A stretch of 64,000 bases of DNA from Candidatus Hydrogenedentota bacterium (GTDB lineage Bacteria > Hydrogenedentota > Hydrogenedentia > Hydrogenedentales > CAILVY01): positions 1,140-65,139 of the forward strand of contig CAILVY010000392.1 of assembly GCA_903837785.1 (NCBI GenBank), in the 5' to 3' direction. Of this stretch, positions 55,801-63,942 are shown in pieces. The translations under genes were made by a program, and so were the position numbers. Below the pieces are notes generated by a model. It saw only the letters and a program-made list of their open reading frames with translations. It was not told the origin of the DNA and did not search any database. The first letter of the stretch is position 1. Every line of letters begins with the position of its first letter.

Positions 55801-55867
55801 GGCCGAGACAGTCGCACCGACGGAAGACGCGCGGAGCCAACTGGAGTCCCTTGGCTACCTGAAGTAA
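52805..55867 (+). CDS. Polytopic membrane protein: flippase-like/LPG-synthase-type TM region + extra TM block + periplasmic alkaline-phosphatase-superfamily ('sulfatase-like') domain with Thr in the nucleophile position
   Basis: At least 12 predicted TM helices. AP-superfamily motifs: NIILIAADALRADY, WTKPSFATIFTGLYP, YMDTHDPF, FTADHGEEF. The start is uncertain: GTG 52805 has GAGGG upstream; ATG 52736 and 52838 are alternatives. Confidence 0.75.
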   Translation: MRKTIGSVLQTMVKALKLLATPMKILVTVGLFVLLFRPETYGLNPNLFGGVKPWDIVNEIRKAGAANVVFWLLLAVFIKLGGMFCGVLRWRLLLKGQGLKIPFWYMVQSWFVGRSLGIFLPGTVGLDGYRLYDSALYTGEVIKCATVVAVEKLIGFIVLSALVFVTLPLGMRLPHLQFRLPVLFAILSVLGTLIVVLFLLLLNPRVIQVLVAVVPTPAGIRNKLNKLGAAATAYSNNRSELMLAVFFGLMVHVATSLTFFCTMMAIRASNTNFTDILFAAPLMITATVFGPSIGGEGIREIVFVGLLGASSGVAAAATFSHLGWWVGDVVPFLIGLPIFVMRKRPGRTQLQAELAQTRREAAAAESYLHLAPETVADYRSKVFSALFAGIAGGLLAGAIIGLCEAGWIWKTLSGLTETQMFPWGAGVYGVLFAGLGLGVASALLFLYLLLDRFASAALTFALSWAAALTAGGLVIGLWRLQRDVLQHHAGSMAQYGQVAAWVIGAALIAFVFAFVLAEALAKTLGRTGIVLLPFVLFLGLVGVGEGLSKWTAPSAQAQAFAPPVKAGGPNIILIAADALRADYLPQYRPDATAKTPHLEAFAKDAVFFENMFSQASWTKPSFATIFTGLYPDLHTATSQTAALPGSVATLAGALTAGGYYAKGFANNPNIASLFNFNKGFSDYTDLPPRRYFGASMSSSKLSMYEVLRKGFQRVRAKAGRFLPFLARFEIRDYYQPGDGVTNSALQWIDGRPAPGESPFFLFLHYMDTHDPFVNHRTGAGYARAVLGDTPDPSLEGPMRDAYITDIEFLDGALQTLFQGLRERGLYENALIVFTADHGEEFLDHEGFWHGYTLYDEMLRVPLIVKLPGNAHGGERNGGFARHVDLAPTLLLAAGLPPVPAMNGQPLFDAAGNFANADIRYSYAHNDFEGNQLHAVRTSASKLITANPDNVRHLAPLELYDLAQDPGEKSNLAGDPNRATQLADLQEALNQLERGVQVQPAETVAPTEDARSQLESLGYLK

Positions 55868-55926
55868 TACCAGTAACTGTCACGGGCAGGCGCATTAGGC
55901 AACGGCTTCGACTCCGGAAAAAAGAC

Positions 55927-55955
55927 TTGGAATTCCGCGTCCGCCCTGCTATAAT
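55927..55955 (+). promoter_or_regulatory. Sigma70-like promoter TTGGAA-N17-TATAAT upstream of the PilZ gene
   Basis: Read from the DNA. It lies ~43 nt upstream of the ATG, with an AGGAG RBS between. Confidence 0.55.
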
Positions 55956-55997
55956 CCAAGAAAGGTTTGGGCACTTCATTTCTTAGGAGTGAATAGT

Positions 55998-56426
55998 ATG
56001 AAGGGACAGGGGGATCTGTCTCGTGGTGGTGGCGTATCGAGTCTGATCGAACGGCGCCAAAGCGAACGGGCAAGAATTGGGCTGAAGGTGCATATTCGCG
56101 CGGCACATCCCGTTAATCATGCGCCAGTCATTGGTCCGGCCATCACACATGACATCTCGTTGGGCGGCATCGCCCTTACCACGCGGCACACGCTCCGCGC
56201 GGGACAGGTGGTGGACGTTTCGATTCCCACGGAAGGCGTACCGGGTGAATTGGGTTTGCCGAACGAACTCGCGGGGCGGGCCATTGTGCGGCGGATTGAG
56301 ACGGACACGCAGGAGGCGCACCGGGTTTCCATGGCGTTCTTGCCTTCCTTGGCCAACAGCATGGAGCTGGCTTTCCTGATGGCGTACCTCCTGGGCGCCA
56401 CTGTGGAGCCCGCACTGGCTGGCTGA
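55998..56426 (+). CDS. PilZ-domain protein (c-di-GMP receptor candidate)
   Basis: RxxxR motif (ERRQSERAR) and D-x-S-x-x-G motif (HDISLGGIAL) at PilZ-typical spacing. AGGAG lies 9 nt upstream of ATG 55998. Confidence 0.8.
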   Translation: MKGQGDLSRGGGVSSLIERRQSERARIGLKVHIRAAHPVNHAPVIGPAITHDISLGGIALTTRHTLRAGQVVDVSIPTEGVPGELGLPNELAGRAIVRRIETDTQEAHRVSMAFLPSLANSMELAFLMAYLLGATVEPALAG

Positions 56427-56487
56427 GTTCGGGACGTGACGCGCCGGCGCTCTGGCCCGGAACGCTGTGGGCCACGGATTCAGGGAA

Positions 56488-59400
56488 TCACTTGCTTCCC
56501 TCGGGCGTGGCTGGCAGGGCGGGATAGAGTCCGAACTCGCGGATGCCCGGCGAATTGCCATAAGCGCCGGTAATCTTGAGTTCCACCACCTTGCAGTGCT
56601 GTGCCGGGAATTCGGCAACAAAGAGATTCTCACTGTAGGCCGCATCCTTCACGGACTTCACTGCGGCCCCGTCGCAAAGCACCTCGAAATCTCTGGGTGC
56701 GAAATCCTGATGCTTGTAGCCCATAATGCTGAGGGCGGCAATATCCTTCGCTTCCGGGAAGGTCACCACGAGCCGGTAAAGCGGACGGCCATCCGTTTCA
56801 TCCCAATACGTTTCCGGGTTTCCGTCGATGGCGGCGGCATCGCCCCCGGAACCGCCGTCCTTCTCCACGTCGTCCGGGCTGCTGGCCTGGCCTTGTCCCG
56901 CAATGTTGAGCGATAGCATCGCCTGCACGCGCAGCTTGCTGAGCAGCGCCTGGGCCTGTGCAACGGCCTTCTCGTCCTTGCAGGTTTCAAGCACTTTGTT
57001 GAGCGCGTTCTTGACGGCCTCGGGCTGCTCCGCGCCGAGCGTTTCGGCGGTCTTCAGCACGGCCAGGGCCGCTTCCGCCTGCACCTCCCTGTCGCCCAGC
57101 AGCGGCAAGGCGAGATCCAGCGCGGCGGGCGATTTGACGTTTCCGAGTCCGGCGAGCACCAGGCGTTTCCCCTCGGGCTGTTTCGCCAGTTTCAATGCCT
57201 CGCCGTAGTCGCGGGCCAGTTCGCCGGCCGGCCGGCCGGGTTCCGTGCCCAACAAGCGCACGTAGCCGCGCAAGGCAAGCACGCGCTGCGTCTCGGTCTT
57301 TCCGTCGCGCGCCAACGCGAACAGATCATTCCGTGCGGCGGCCGAAGGCCAGTTGGCAAGTGCCCGGGCGGCAGCGTCGCACACCTCTTGTTGCGGGTCT
57401 TTCAACGCACCGCGCACGGCCTCGAGGGAGGCGTTATCGCCCACTTTGCCCAGTACCGCAACGATCGCGCAGCGGCTAGCGGCTTCCGATTGCTTCGGCA
57501 AGGCCGCAAGCAGGGCGGCCGTGCGCTGTGCATCGTCCTTCACCCGCTGGGCGGCGCCCACAATGGCGGACTCGATGGCGGCGCGATCCGAGGGTTCGGG
57601 CTGCTTCACGAGCAAGTCCACGAGGCCGGCCAGTTGCTCCGCGCCGGCGAGCGTACCCAGGGCACTCAGGGCATCTGCACGCAACGCGGCGTCGGCGCCC
57701 TGCGCAAGGCCCATCAAGATGGGCGCAGCCTCCGCGGCTTGACGTGCCGCCAGGGCCTGAATAGCCTCCTTCTTGACCGCCGCATCGCCGCCTTGCATCG
57801 CCGAGATCAGCGCATCATTCACGCCGTCACCCCGGATGCGGGCAAGACTCTCCCGTGCGGCCGCACTCTCCTTTCCCCCGCCCGCGGCCGCTCCCAAGAG
57901 CATGGGCACGGCCGAGGCGTCGCCGATCAATCCCAGCGCGTTGCAGACTGCCTCGCGCACGTCCTCCGCAGGGTCCTTTACGGCTTCCAGCACGGCGGGC
58001 AACGCGGCCTTGTCGCCGCGATCCGCAAGCGCGGCCAGCAGCAGCGCTTTTTTCTCTCCATCTAGTGCCGGCAACAACGCCGCGCATTGCTTCGTCAGCT
58101 CCGTGCCGGGCAACTCCCGCACGAGGCGCAGCGCCATCGAGAAGCACTCCGGCGCATCCCCCTGGATGGCCTCGGCCAGCAGCGGCGCACCCGCCTCCCC
58201 GCGCGCGCGCACACGGCCGTTGAAGGCGGCGGCACGTATCGGGGCAATCTCCTTCCCGGCAAAGACCTCGTCGAAGATCTTGCCCGCTGCCGCGGACTGC
58301 CCTTGTTCGAGCAGCGTGGATGCGCAGGCGAGATAGGCCCGTGTTGCCGCCTCGCGCACGGCCGCGCTGCCGGCGGTCCGGCTCTTGGCCAGTGCCGAGA
58401 TCGCGGCTTCGCCGCCGATCTTGCCCAACGCGGCCGCGGCGGCCTCTGCCACGGCCTCGTCGGCCGCGCCCAACGCGGGGGCCAACGCCGAAACGTATTC
58501 CGGTTTGCGGCGCTCGCCCAGGCTGTTGATGATGCCCACCTTGAGCTTGTCAGGCGCCGGATCGAGGGATTTGAGCAGCGCGGCATCCACGGCGGCACCG
58601 GGAATGCGTTCGAGTCCGAGGCGGGCGATGTGTGACAGCGTTTCGTTGAGCAGCATGGGCGCGAGCGCCGGCACGGCCTTCTCCGAACCCACGCGCTGGA
58701 GCATCTTGCACACGAATTCCTTCGCGGCGAAGGACGTCTTGGCCTCCTGAAGCACCGCCAGCAGCCGATCCTCGATCGCCGGAAACCGGGCCGGATCCAC
58801 GGACTCGATCTCGCGTTCGACGGCGACAAGCGCCGCGCGGCTTTGCCCAAAGTCATAGGCGGCCAACTGCGCGTACGCGTCCGCCTCCGCTTCGCCCGAC
58901 GCGCCGTAAGTTTCGGCATCGATCGGCCGGATATACAGGTTTCGATAGGCCACTGGGCCGTGATCGCCCTGCAGCATGAGCGGTCCGGCGGGTTTCTCAT
59001 CCTCGAACAGCGCCGCACGGGTGGGGCCGCTGACGTCCTCGTTTTCGTGAATCAGCATGCCGTTGTGAATGACGGAGACAAATTGCGCGCTGGCGGTCTT
59101 GTGGCCGTTCGCATCAAAACGCGGCGCCCGGAAGATGATGTCAAAGCTTTGCCATTCGCCCGGTTTGCGCGAGGCATTCACTTTCGGCGCGCGGCCCTCG
59201 TAGCCGCGCTCTTCCTCCTTTAATCCCTTTTCCTCGTGCCAGCGTTGATAGATGCCGCCGCAATCACTGTACTTCGGGTGTTCCACGCCCCAACTGTCGA
59301 AAACCTGGATTTCGTAGCGGCCCTGCAAGTACACGCCCGAATTCGAGCCTTTGGGCACCAGAAACTCGATGTGGAGCTGGACGTCGCCGAACTCCGCTTT

Positions 59401-60315
59401 GGAAACCAGGTGTTTCGTGCGGCCATTGATGCCGTTCACGGCGATGCCTGAGCCGGCTGTCCACGCGAGCTTCTTCTCGTCCTGCGGGTCCAGCGTGACT
59501 TTTTCCGCCACGAGCCATTCCCCGACCGGTTCCTGGAAGGCGCTCAGGTCCTTGAAGTCGGCTTTAAGCCCGGGGGCGCCCTGTGCCACCCACCGGATCG
59601 CCTGCGCGAGCAATTGCTGAAAGTTCGCATCGACGAACGTTTGCGGCCCATGACCCGGTTGCAGATAGCAGATCCTGGCGTTGCGGTAGGTCTTCACATG
59701 CCCGAGGATCTTCGCGCTCTGCGGATGATCCGTAGTGATCAGCGCATGCACGTCCGGATCGAAATCATACGTGGCGTACGTCTCGTCGTGCAGGGGGAAA
59801 TCCTTGAGGCCCGCAGTGATGGGGTGACTCGGGTCTGCGACGTGCACGAGCAGGTCCATGTCATGCTGATAGGTGCCCTTCGGATGCTTAACGCCGTTGA
59901 TTTCCCGATCCTCGATGTAGTAGTGGCAACCCAGCATCGTCTGGAATTCCGGCCACTCCTGATAGGCGGCCACGGCGTGATGCAGCACGATCAGCCCGAC
60001 CCCCTTGTCGAGCAGGGCGAGGAGGTTCGCGCGGCGCTTCTCCGAGATGCGCTGGCTCATGTTGTACATGACAATCGCGTCGTACGGCCATGCGCTGACG
60101 TCCTCGAAGATCTCGCTGTCGTCCTTCTGTGGAAGGATCGAGACGTCCAGGTCCTTGTTCGGCTCGAAGAGCTTGGGAAACACGTCCTCTTCGAAGCTGT
60201 GGCCCCCGGTGAGCACGGCCACCTTGAGCGTTTTCGCGGGTTGGCTGGAAGCCGCGGCGTCCACCGCAGTCCACACGAACCCGAGGCATGCGATGAGAAG
60301 GGCTAGGCGCTTCAT
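56488..60315 (-). CDS. Secreted multidomain protein: ThuA-like + DUF1080 (3-keto-disaccharide hydrolase-like) + long HEAT-repeat region + C-terminal discoidin (F5/8 type C) domain
   Basis: Signal peptide MKRLALLIACLGFVWTAVDAAA. ThuA-like KVAVLTGGHSFEE...LIVLHHA. DUF1080-like FGDVQLHIEFLVPKGSNSGVYLQGRYEIQVFDSWG...LMLQGDHGPVAYRNLYIRPI. Many A/L-rich HEAT-like repeats. Discoidin AIDGNPETYWDE. Confidence 0.8.
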   Translation of the reverse strand: MKRLALLIACLGFVWTAVDAAASSQPAKTLKVAVLTGGHSFEEDVFPKLFEPNKDLDVSILPQKDDSEIFEDVSAWPYDAIVMYNMSQRISEKRRANLLALLDKGVGLIVLHHAVAAYQEWPEFQTMLGCHYYIEDREINGVKHPKGTYQHDMDLLVHVADPSHPITAGLKDFPLHDETYATYDFDPDVHALITTDHPQSAKILGHVKTYRNARICYLQPGHGPQTFVDANFQQLLAQAIRWVAQGAPGLKADFKDLSAFQEPVGEWLVAEKVTLDPQDEKKLAWTAGSGIAVNGINGRTKHLVSKAEFGDVQLHIEFLVPKGSNSGVYLQGRYEIQVFDSWGVEHPKYSDCGGIYQRWHEEKGLKEEERGYEGRAPKVNASRKPGEWQSFDIIFRAPRFDANGHKTASAQFVSVIHNGMLIHENEDVSGPTRAALFEDEKPAGPLMLQGDHGPVAYRNLYIRPIDAETYGASGEAEADAYAQLAAYDFGQSRAALVAVEREIESVDPARFPAIEDRLLAVLQEAKTSFAAKEFVCKMLQRVGSEKAVPALAPMLLNETLSHIARLGLERIPGAAVDAALLKSLDPAPDKLKVGIINSLGERRKPEYVSALAPALGAADEAVAEAAAAALGKIGGEAAISALAKSRTAGSAAVREAATRAYLACASTLLEQGQSAAAGKIFDEVFAGKEIAPIRAAAFNGRVRARGEAGAPLLAEAIQGDAPECFSMALRLVRELPGTELTKQCAALLPALDGEKKALLLAALADRGDKAALPAVLEAVKDPAEDVREAVCNALGLIGDASAVPMLLGAAAGGGKESAAARESLARIRGDGVNDALISAMQGGDAAVKKEAIQALAARQAAEAAPILMGLAQGADAALRADALSALGTLAGAEQLAGLVDLLVKQPEPSDRAAIESAIVGAAQRVKDDAQRTAALLAALPKQSEAASRCAIVAVLGKVGDNASLEAVRGALKDPQQEVCDAAARALANWPSAAARNDLFALARDGKTETQRVLALRGYVRLLGTEPGRPAGELARDYGEALKLAKQPEGKRLVLAGLGNVKSPAALDLALPLLGDREVQAEAALAVLKTAETLGAEQPEAVKNALNKVLETCKDEKAVAQAQALLSKLRVQAMLSLNIAGQGQASSPDDVEKDGGSGGDAAAIDGNPETYWDETDGRPLYRLVVTFPEAKDIAALSIMGYKHQDFAPRDFEVLCDGAAVKSVKDAAYSENLFVAEFPAQHCKVVELKITGAYGNSPGIREFGLYPALPATPEGSK

Positions 60316-60454
60316 GGCGATAGATCTCCCGTCTGGACACCCAGGACAATACAGAATGGACGCCGGGCACTTTCGGCTTCCGAAAACCCCGTAAAGCCAC
60401 AAGCGAAGACTATCCAAGAAAGCGGAGGGTGTCAAACCTGCCCGTGCGTCCGTA

Positions 60455-61165
60455 TCAGGGCGCCGGCGTTCCGTAGACCTCCACCTCGATGTAGTGATTC
60501 AGGTCGTTCGAGGTGTTCCCGTTGCTGTACAGCCGGATGAAACGCGTCTTTACCCCGGCCGCGTCGATCAGTTTCCCCTCGGCCGTGTCGATGTACTCCT
60601 TGTCCCTGCCCACGCCCAGGCCCGCGGAGTTGTCGTGATCGTTGTTGAAGAGGGTCTTCACGCCCAGGATGAAGTCGGCGTCGTCCGCCACTTTGGCCAC
60701 CACGTCAAAATAGGCGCGCGCTTCCATGTGGTAGTGCCAGACCACAATCGCGTGGACTTCGTGCGCCGCTCCAAGATCAATCTGTATGTATTGCACGCCC
60801 GAGTCGAGTTCTATGAAACTCCCGTCGGAGCCCTTCTTGTCGCCGTCGGTCACTTGCTTGAACCCGCCGATCTTCGGCTGGGTCATCGCGCTCGACACCG
60901 GCTTCCCGAGCGCGATGTTTTTCGTGCCTCTTGGCGCGAGGAACGGCTTGCGCGGCTGCCCGGTCACCGGCTCCAGATTCGGCGAGGACAGGTTCTTGGG
61001 CGTGCCCACGAACATGGGCGCGGGCAACTCGATCTTGAGCGGTTCCCAGCCGGGTTGCGCCGTGCTTGCGTTCAGGAACTCGGCCTTCGTGTCTTCGGCG
61101 CGCCCCCCCGTTGCGAACCCCGCGGCCACGGCGCCTATCAGCAAGACTCTGGAAAGCAAACGCAT
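60455..61165 (-). CDS. Secreted discoidin (F5/8 type C)-domain protein
   Basis: Signal peptide MRLLSRVLLIGAVAAGFATGGRA. VTDGDKKGSDGSFIELDSGVQYIQIDLG...FIRLYSNGN...YIEVEVYG. Confidence 0.7.
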   Translation of the reverse strand: MRLLSRVLLIGAVAAGFATGGRAEDTKAEFLNASTAQPGWEPLKIELPAPMFVGTPKNLSSPNLEPVTGQPRKPFLAPRGTKNIALGKPVSSAMTQPKIGGFKQVTDGDKKGSDGSFIELDSGVQYIQIDLGAAHEVHAIVVWHYHMEARAYFDVVAKVADDADFILGVKTLFNNDHDNSAGLGVGRDKEYIDTAEGKLIDAAGVKTRFIRLYSNGNTSNDLNHYIEVEVYGTPAP

Positions 61166-61293
61166 ACGGAACGGACTCCCTTGTCGATTCAGAGCATATC
61201 TTCTTCTCAGAATAGCATACAGACCACGCCAATCGAATTGCGCCGTCGGCCGCGGCCGTGCCCGGTCCTTCCTCGCACGTTCCGCCGCATCTT

Positions 61294-62970
61294 CTATTTG
61301 GGCGGGAAGAGCTGGAATTCCCAAATCGTCGGGCCGTCCGTGGCCTTGTGGAGATTAAGCCGCACTCTCTGCGCGGTGATCGGCGGAAAACTCAGCATGC
61401 GATCCGAGCCAAGCTTCTTGCCTTCGGCGAACTGCTTCCACTCCTTGCCGTCAAGATATTCGAGATCGAACGACTTCACCCGGTCCAGAGCTTCGCTGAT
61501 GCCGGCGCGGCCGATGGTCTCGGGTTTCCCGAGGTCCACTTCGAGCCAGGCATCGTGAACGCCCGCATCGGTTGCCCAGCGCGTGTTCGAGTCATCGTCG
61601 ACCGCCCTCTGCGGCCCGTGTTCCTGGTTCATGTTCTGATAGACATTGGAGGCCGTGGCCTTCTTGCCGGTCGTGAGCGAACCGGCCACGGACACGGGCA
61701 GGATGTCCGTGGCGGAGCCGTCCAGTTCAAGCGCCACAATCGTGTCCAGTTCCTTCCGATCGCCCTCGGGCACGCTGATCTCGATTCCCTGCTCGGACTG
61801 GGTCACGGTTGCCGTGCCGCCCGTCAACACGCTGTGCTTGACTATCTTTTTGGGCAGCGGCGGCAGGCTGAGCGTGGGTTCCGGCCACGACAGCAGATGC
61901 AGATAGGCCGTGTTCCCCTTGCTTGTGCAGGCGCCCCAGGGGCCGGGCTTGAACGGGCCGCCCCGCGTCCCATAGATCGTCTCGCCGTACGGCTTGAGCC
62001 AGGCGCCCATCTCCTTGAGGCGCTCCACCTGGCGAGGCTCGATTGCGCCCGTGGGCATGGGCCCGACGTTGAAGAGCAGGTTGCCGTCGCCGCCCGCGCA
62101 GCGGACCAGCGTGTCGATGCAGGTCTTCAACGATTTCATCGCGTCCCCCGGTTTCCAGGCCCACTGATTGCAGATCGTGATGCATGATTCCCACGGGCGC
62201 GTGTTCTGGAAGCGGCCTATCGTCTGCTCGGGCGTGTCAAAATCGGCCTCGAGACCGGCGCGGTTGTTGATGATCGTGTGCGGCTGAAGCTCCCGAATCA
62301 TCTTGAAGAGCGGTTCGGCATCCCAATCCTTCGCCGTGCCGCCCAATCCGTCGAACCAGACCACATCGAGCTGGCCATAATTGCTGCACAACTCGCGAAG
62401 CTGTCCGTGCAGATACTCGATGTAGCGCGCATGATTCGCCGTGAGGTAATCCGGATGATGCCAATCGGGCGGAGAGTAGTAGAATCCCAGGCGCAACCCG
62501 GCCTCGTGGCAGGCATCGGCCAGTTCCTTCACCACATCGCGGCCGAACGGCGAATTCGTGATCTTGTAGTCCGTCAATTTCGAATCGAACTCGCAGAAGC
62601 CATCGTGGTGTTTCGAAGTGAAAACCAGGTATTTCATTCCCGCGGCTTGCGCCAGCGCCACCCACTCCTTCGCATTGAACGCTGTGGGATTGAATTCCTT
62701 GTGCAGGTTGTCATACACGTCGACCGGGATCTCGCCTTTCCCGCCCGTGCCGCGGCGTTCCCCGCCCCGCGACCACCCGATTTCCGTGCCTTTCAGGCTG
62801 ACTGGACCCCAGTGAATGAAGAGGCCAAAGCGGGCCTCGCGCCACCACTGCATATCTTCGGGCGTTGCCTTCAGGTACGGCTTGCCGGCCGGCTGCGCAC
62901 ACAAGGCCCCGGCAAAGCACATGGCCAGCGCAAACAGGACGATTCTGCTCCCCGCTCCGTGACGATACAT
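61294..62970 (-). CDS. GH29 alpha-L-fucosidase with C-terminal discoidin domain
   Basis: WWREARFGLFIHWGPVS, KYLVFTSKHHDGFCEFDS, GLRLGFYYSPPDW. C-terminal AVDDDSNTRWATD...WLEVDLG. Signal peptide and a strong AAGGAGAGGGA RBS. Confidence 0.88.
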   Translation of the reverse strand: MYRHGAGSRIVLFALAMCFAGALCAQPAGKPYLKATPEDMQWWREARFGLFIHWGPVSLKGTEIGWSRGGERRGTGGKGEIPVDVYDNLHKEFNPTAFNAKEWVALAQAAGMKYLVFTSKHHDGFCEFDSKLTDYKITNSPFGRDVVKELADACHEAGLRLGFYYSPPDWHHPDYLTANHARYIEYLHGQLRELCSNYGQLDVVWFDGLGGTAKDWDAEPLFKMIRELQPHTIINNRAGLEADFDTPEQTIGRFQNTRPWESCITICNQWAWKPGDAMKSLKTCIDTLVRCAGGDGNLLFNVGPMPTGAIEPRQVERLKEMGAWLKPYGETIYGTRGGPFKPGPWGACTSKGNTAYLHLLSWPEPTLSLPPLPKKIVKHSVLTGGTATVTQSEQGIEISVPEGDRKELDTIVALELDGSATDILPVSVAGSLTTGKKATASNVYQNMNQEHGPQRAVDDDSNTRWATDAGVHDAWLEVDLGKPETIGRAGISEALDRVKSFDLEYLDGKEWKQFAEGKKLGSDRMLSFPPITAQRVRLNLHKATDGPTIWEFQLFPPK

Positions 62971-63069
62971 GTTCCCTCTCCTTAGTGTTGGCGCGAACGC
63001 CTTTCCAGCCTAGCATACTTTCCCGGGCCATGCTACACTCGAAGCCCAACAATCCGGGTCGGATGGCAG

Positions 63070-63942
63070 ATGAAACAGCATGGAGTCAAATGGTTCTTCG
63101 CGGCGGCCGCCGTGCTGTGCGCGGTGGGCGTAGTGGCGTTTCGGAACGTCCTGGGCACAGATGTTTCCGCCCTTCCCGAGCCGGAAGAAGCGGTGCGGAA
63201 CGCCATCGGGGCGCTGAAGGCGGATCCAGGCGCGTGGCTGGCCGCGACGCAGACGGCGGTGCGGGCGGCGGCCGTCTTGACGGAACGGGGCCTCGCGGAT
63301 TCCGCCGAAGCCTGGTTTGTGCTTGGGGTGCAGTATCAACGGGAAGAGAACCTCGCGGGGGCGGAGGGGATGTTCAAGCGGACGATTGGGCTGAAGCCGG
63401 ACTGGAGCTGGGCCTACTGCGGCCTGGGAAGCCTGCTCGGCCGGCACAGCATCGGCCGCAACGAGGAAGCCAAAGAGGCGTTGCGCAAAGCTATCGCAAT
63501 CGAGCCGGACTGGGCGCGCCCGCATCACGTGCTTGCCACGGTTCTGCGGCAGGAAGAACGTTTCGAGGAGGCCGAACAGGAGGCGTTGACGGCGTTGCGC
63601 CTGGACCCCGAGGACATCGCGGCGCACAACAACTATGCCAACCTGCTCGTGGAACAGTTGCGGTACGCTGAGGCCGAGGAACACTATCGCACCGCCATCG
63701 AACTGAATCCGGATCATCCAAAGCCCTACTACAACCTCGCGTGCCTGTGCAGCCTGTTGGACCGGCGGGAGGAAGCGCTCGCGTTTCTCGAAGAGGCATT
63801 CAGGCGCGCGCCTGTACTGCGCGCCGACGCCGTGAGCGATCCGGATTTTGCGCCCCTGCGCAAGGATGCCGCGTTTCGAACGCTGGTTTACGGCGAAGAT
63901 GCAGACGCGGCGGACACTCAGCCGCCGAGTTCGTCCAAGTAG
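63070..63942 (+). CDS. TPR-repeat protein with an N-terminal signal/anchor
   Basis: WFFAAAAVLCAVGVVAF followed by several 34-aa TPR-like units (AEGMFKRTIGLKPDWSWAY, EALRKAIAIEPDWARPH, AEQEALTALRLDPEDIAAH, AEEHYRTAIELNPDHPKPY). Confidence 0.8.
   Translation: MKQHGVKWFFAAAAVLCAVGVVAFRNVLGTDVSALPEPEEAVRNAIGALKADPGAWLAATQTAVRAAAVLTERGLADSAEAWFVLGVQYQREENLAGAEGMFKRTIGLKPDWSWAYCGLGSLLGRHSIGRNEEAKEALRKAIAIEPDWARPHHVLATVLRQEERFEEAEQEALTALRLDPEDIAAHNNYANLLVEQLRYAEAEEHYRTAIELNPDHPKPYYNLACLCSLLDRREEALAFLEEAFRRAPVLRADAVSDPDFAPLRKDAAFRTLVYGEDADAADTQPPSSSK

Noticed and set aside
52805-55867. Calling this protein an arylsulfatase, and linking it to the FGE-like lipoprotein at 37281.
   Set aside because: The C/S-x-P-x-R signature is T-K-P-S-F, and the FGE-like protein lacks both catalytic cysteines. 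Neither half of a sulfatase/FGE pair is functional as such.
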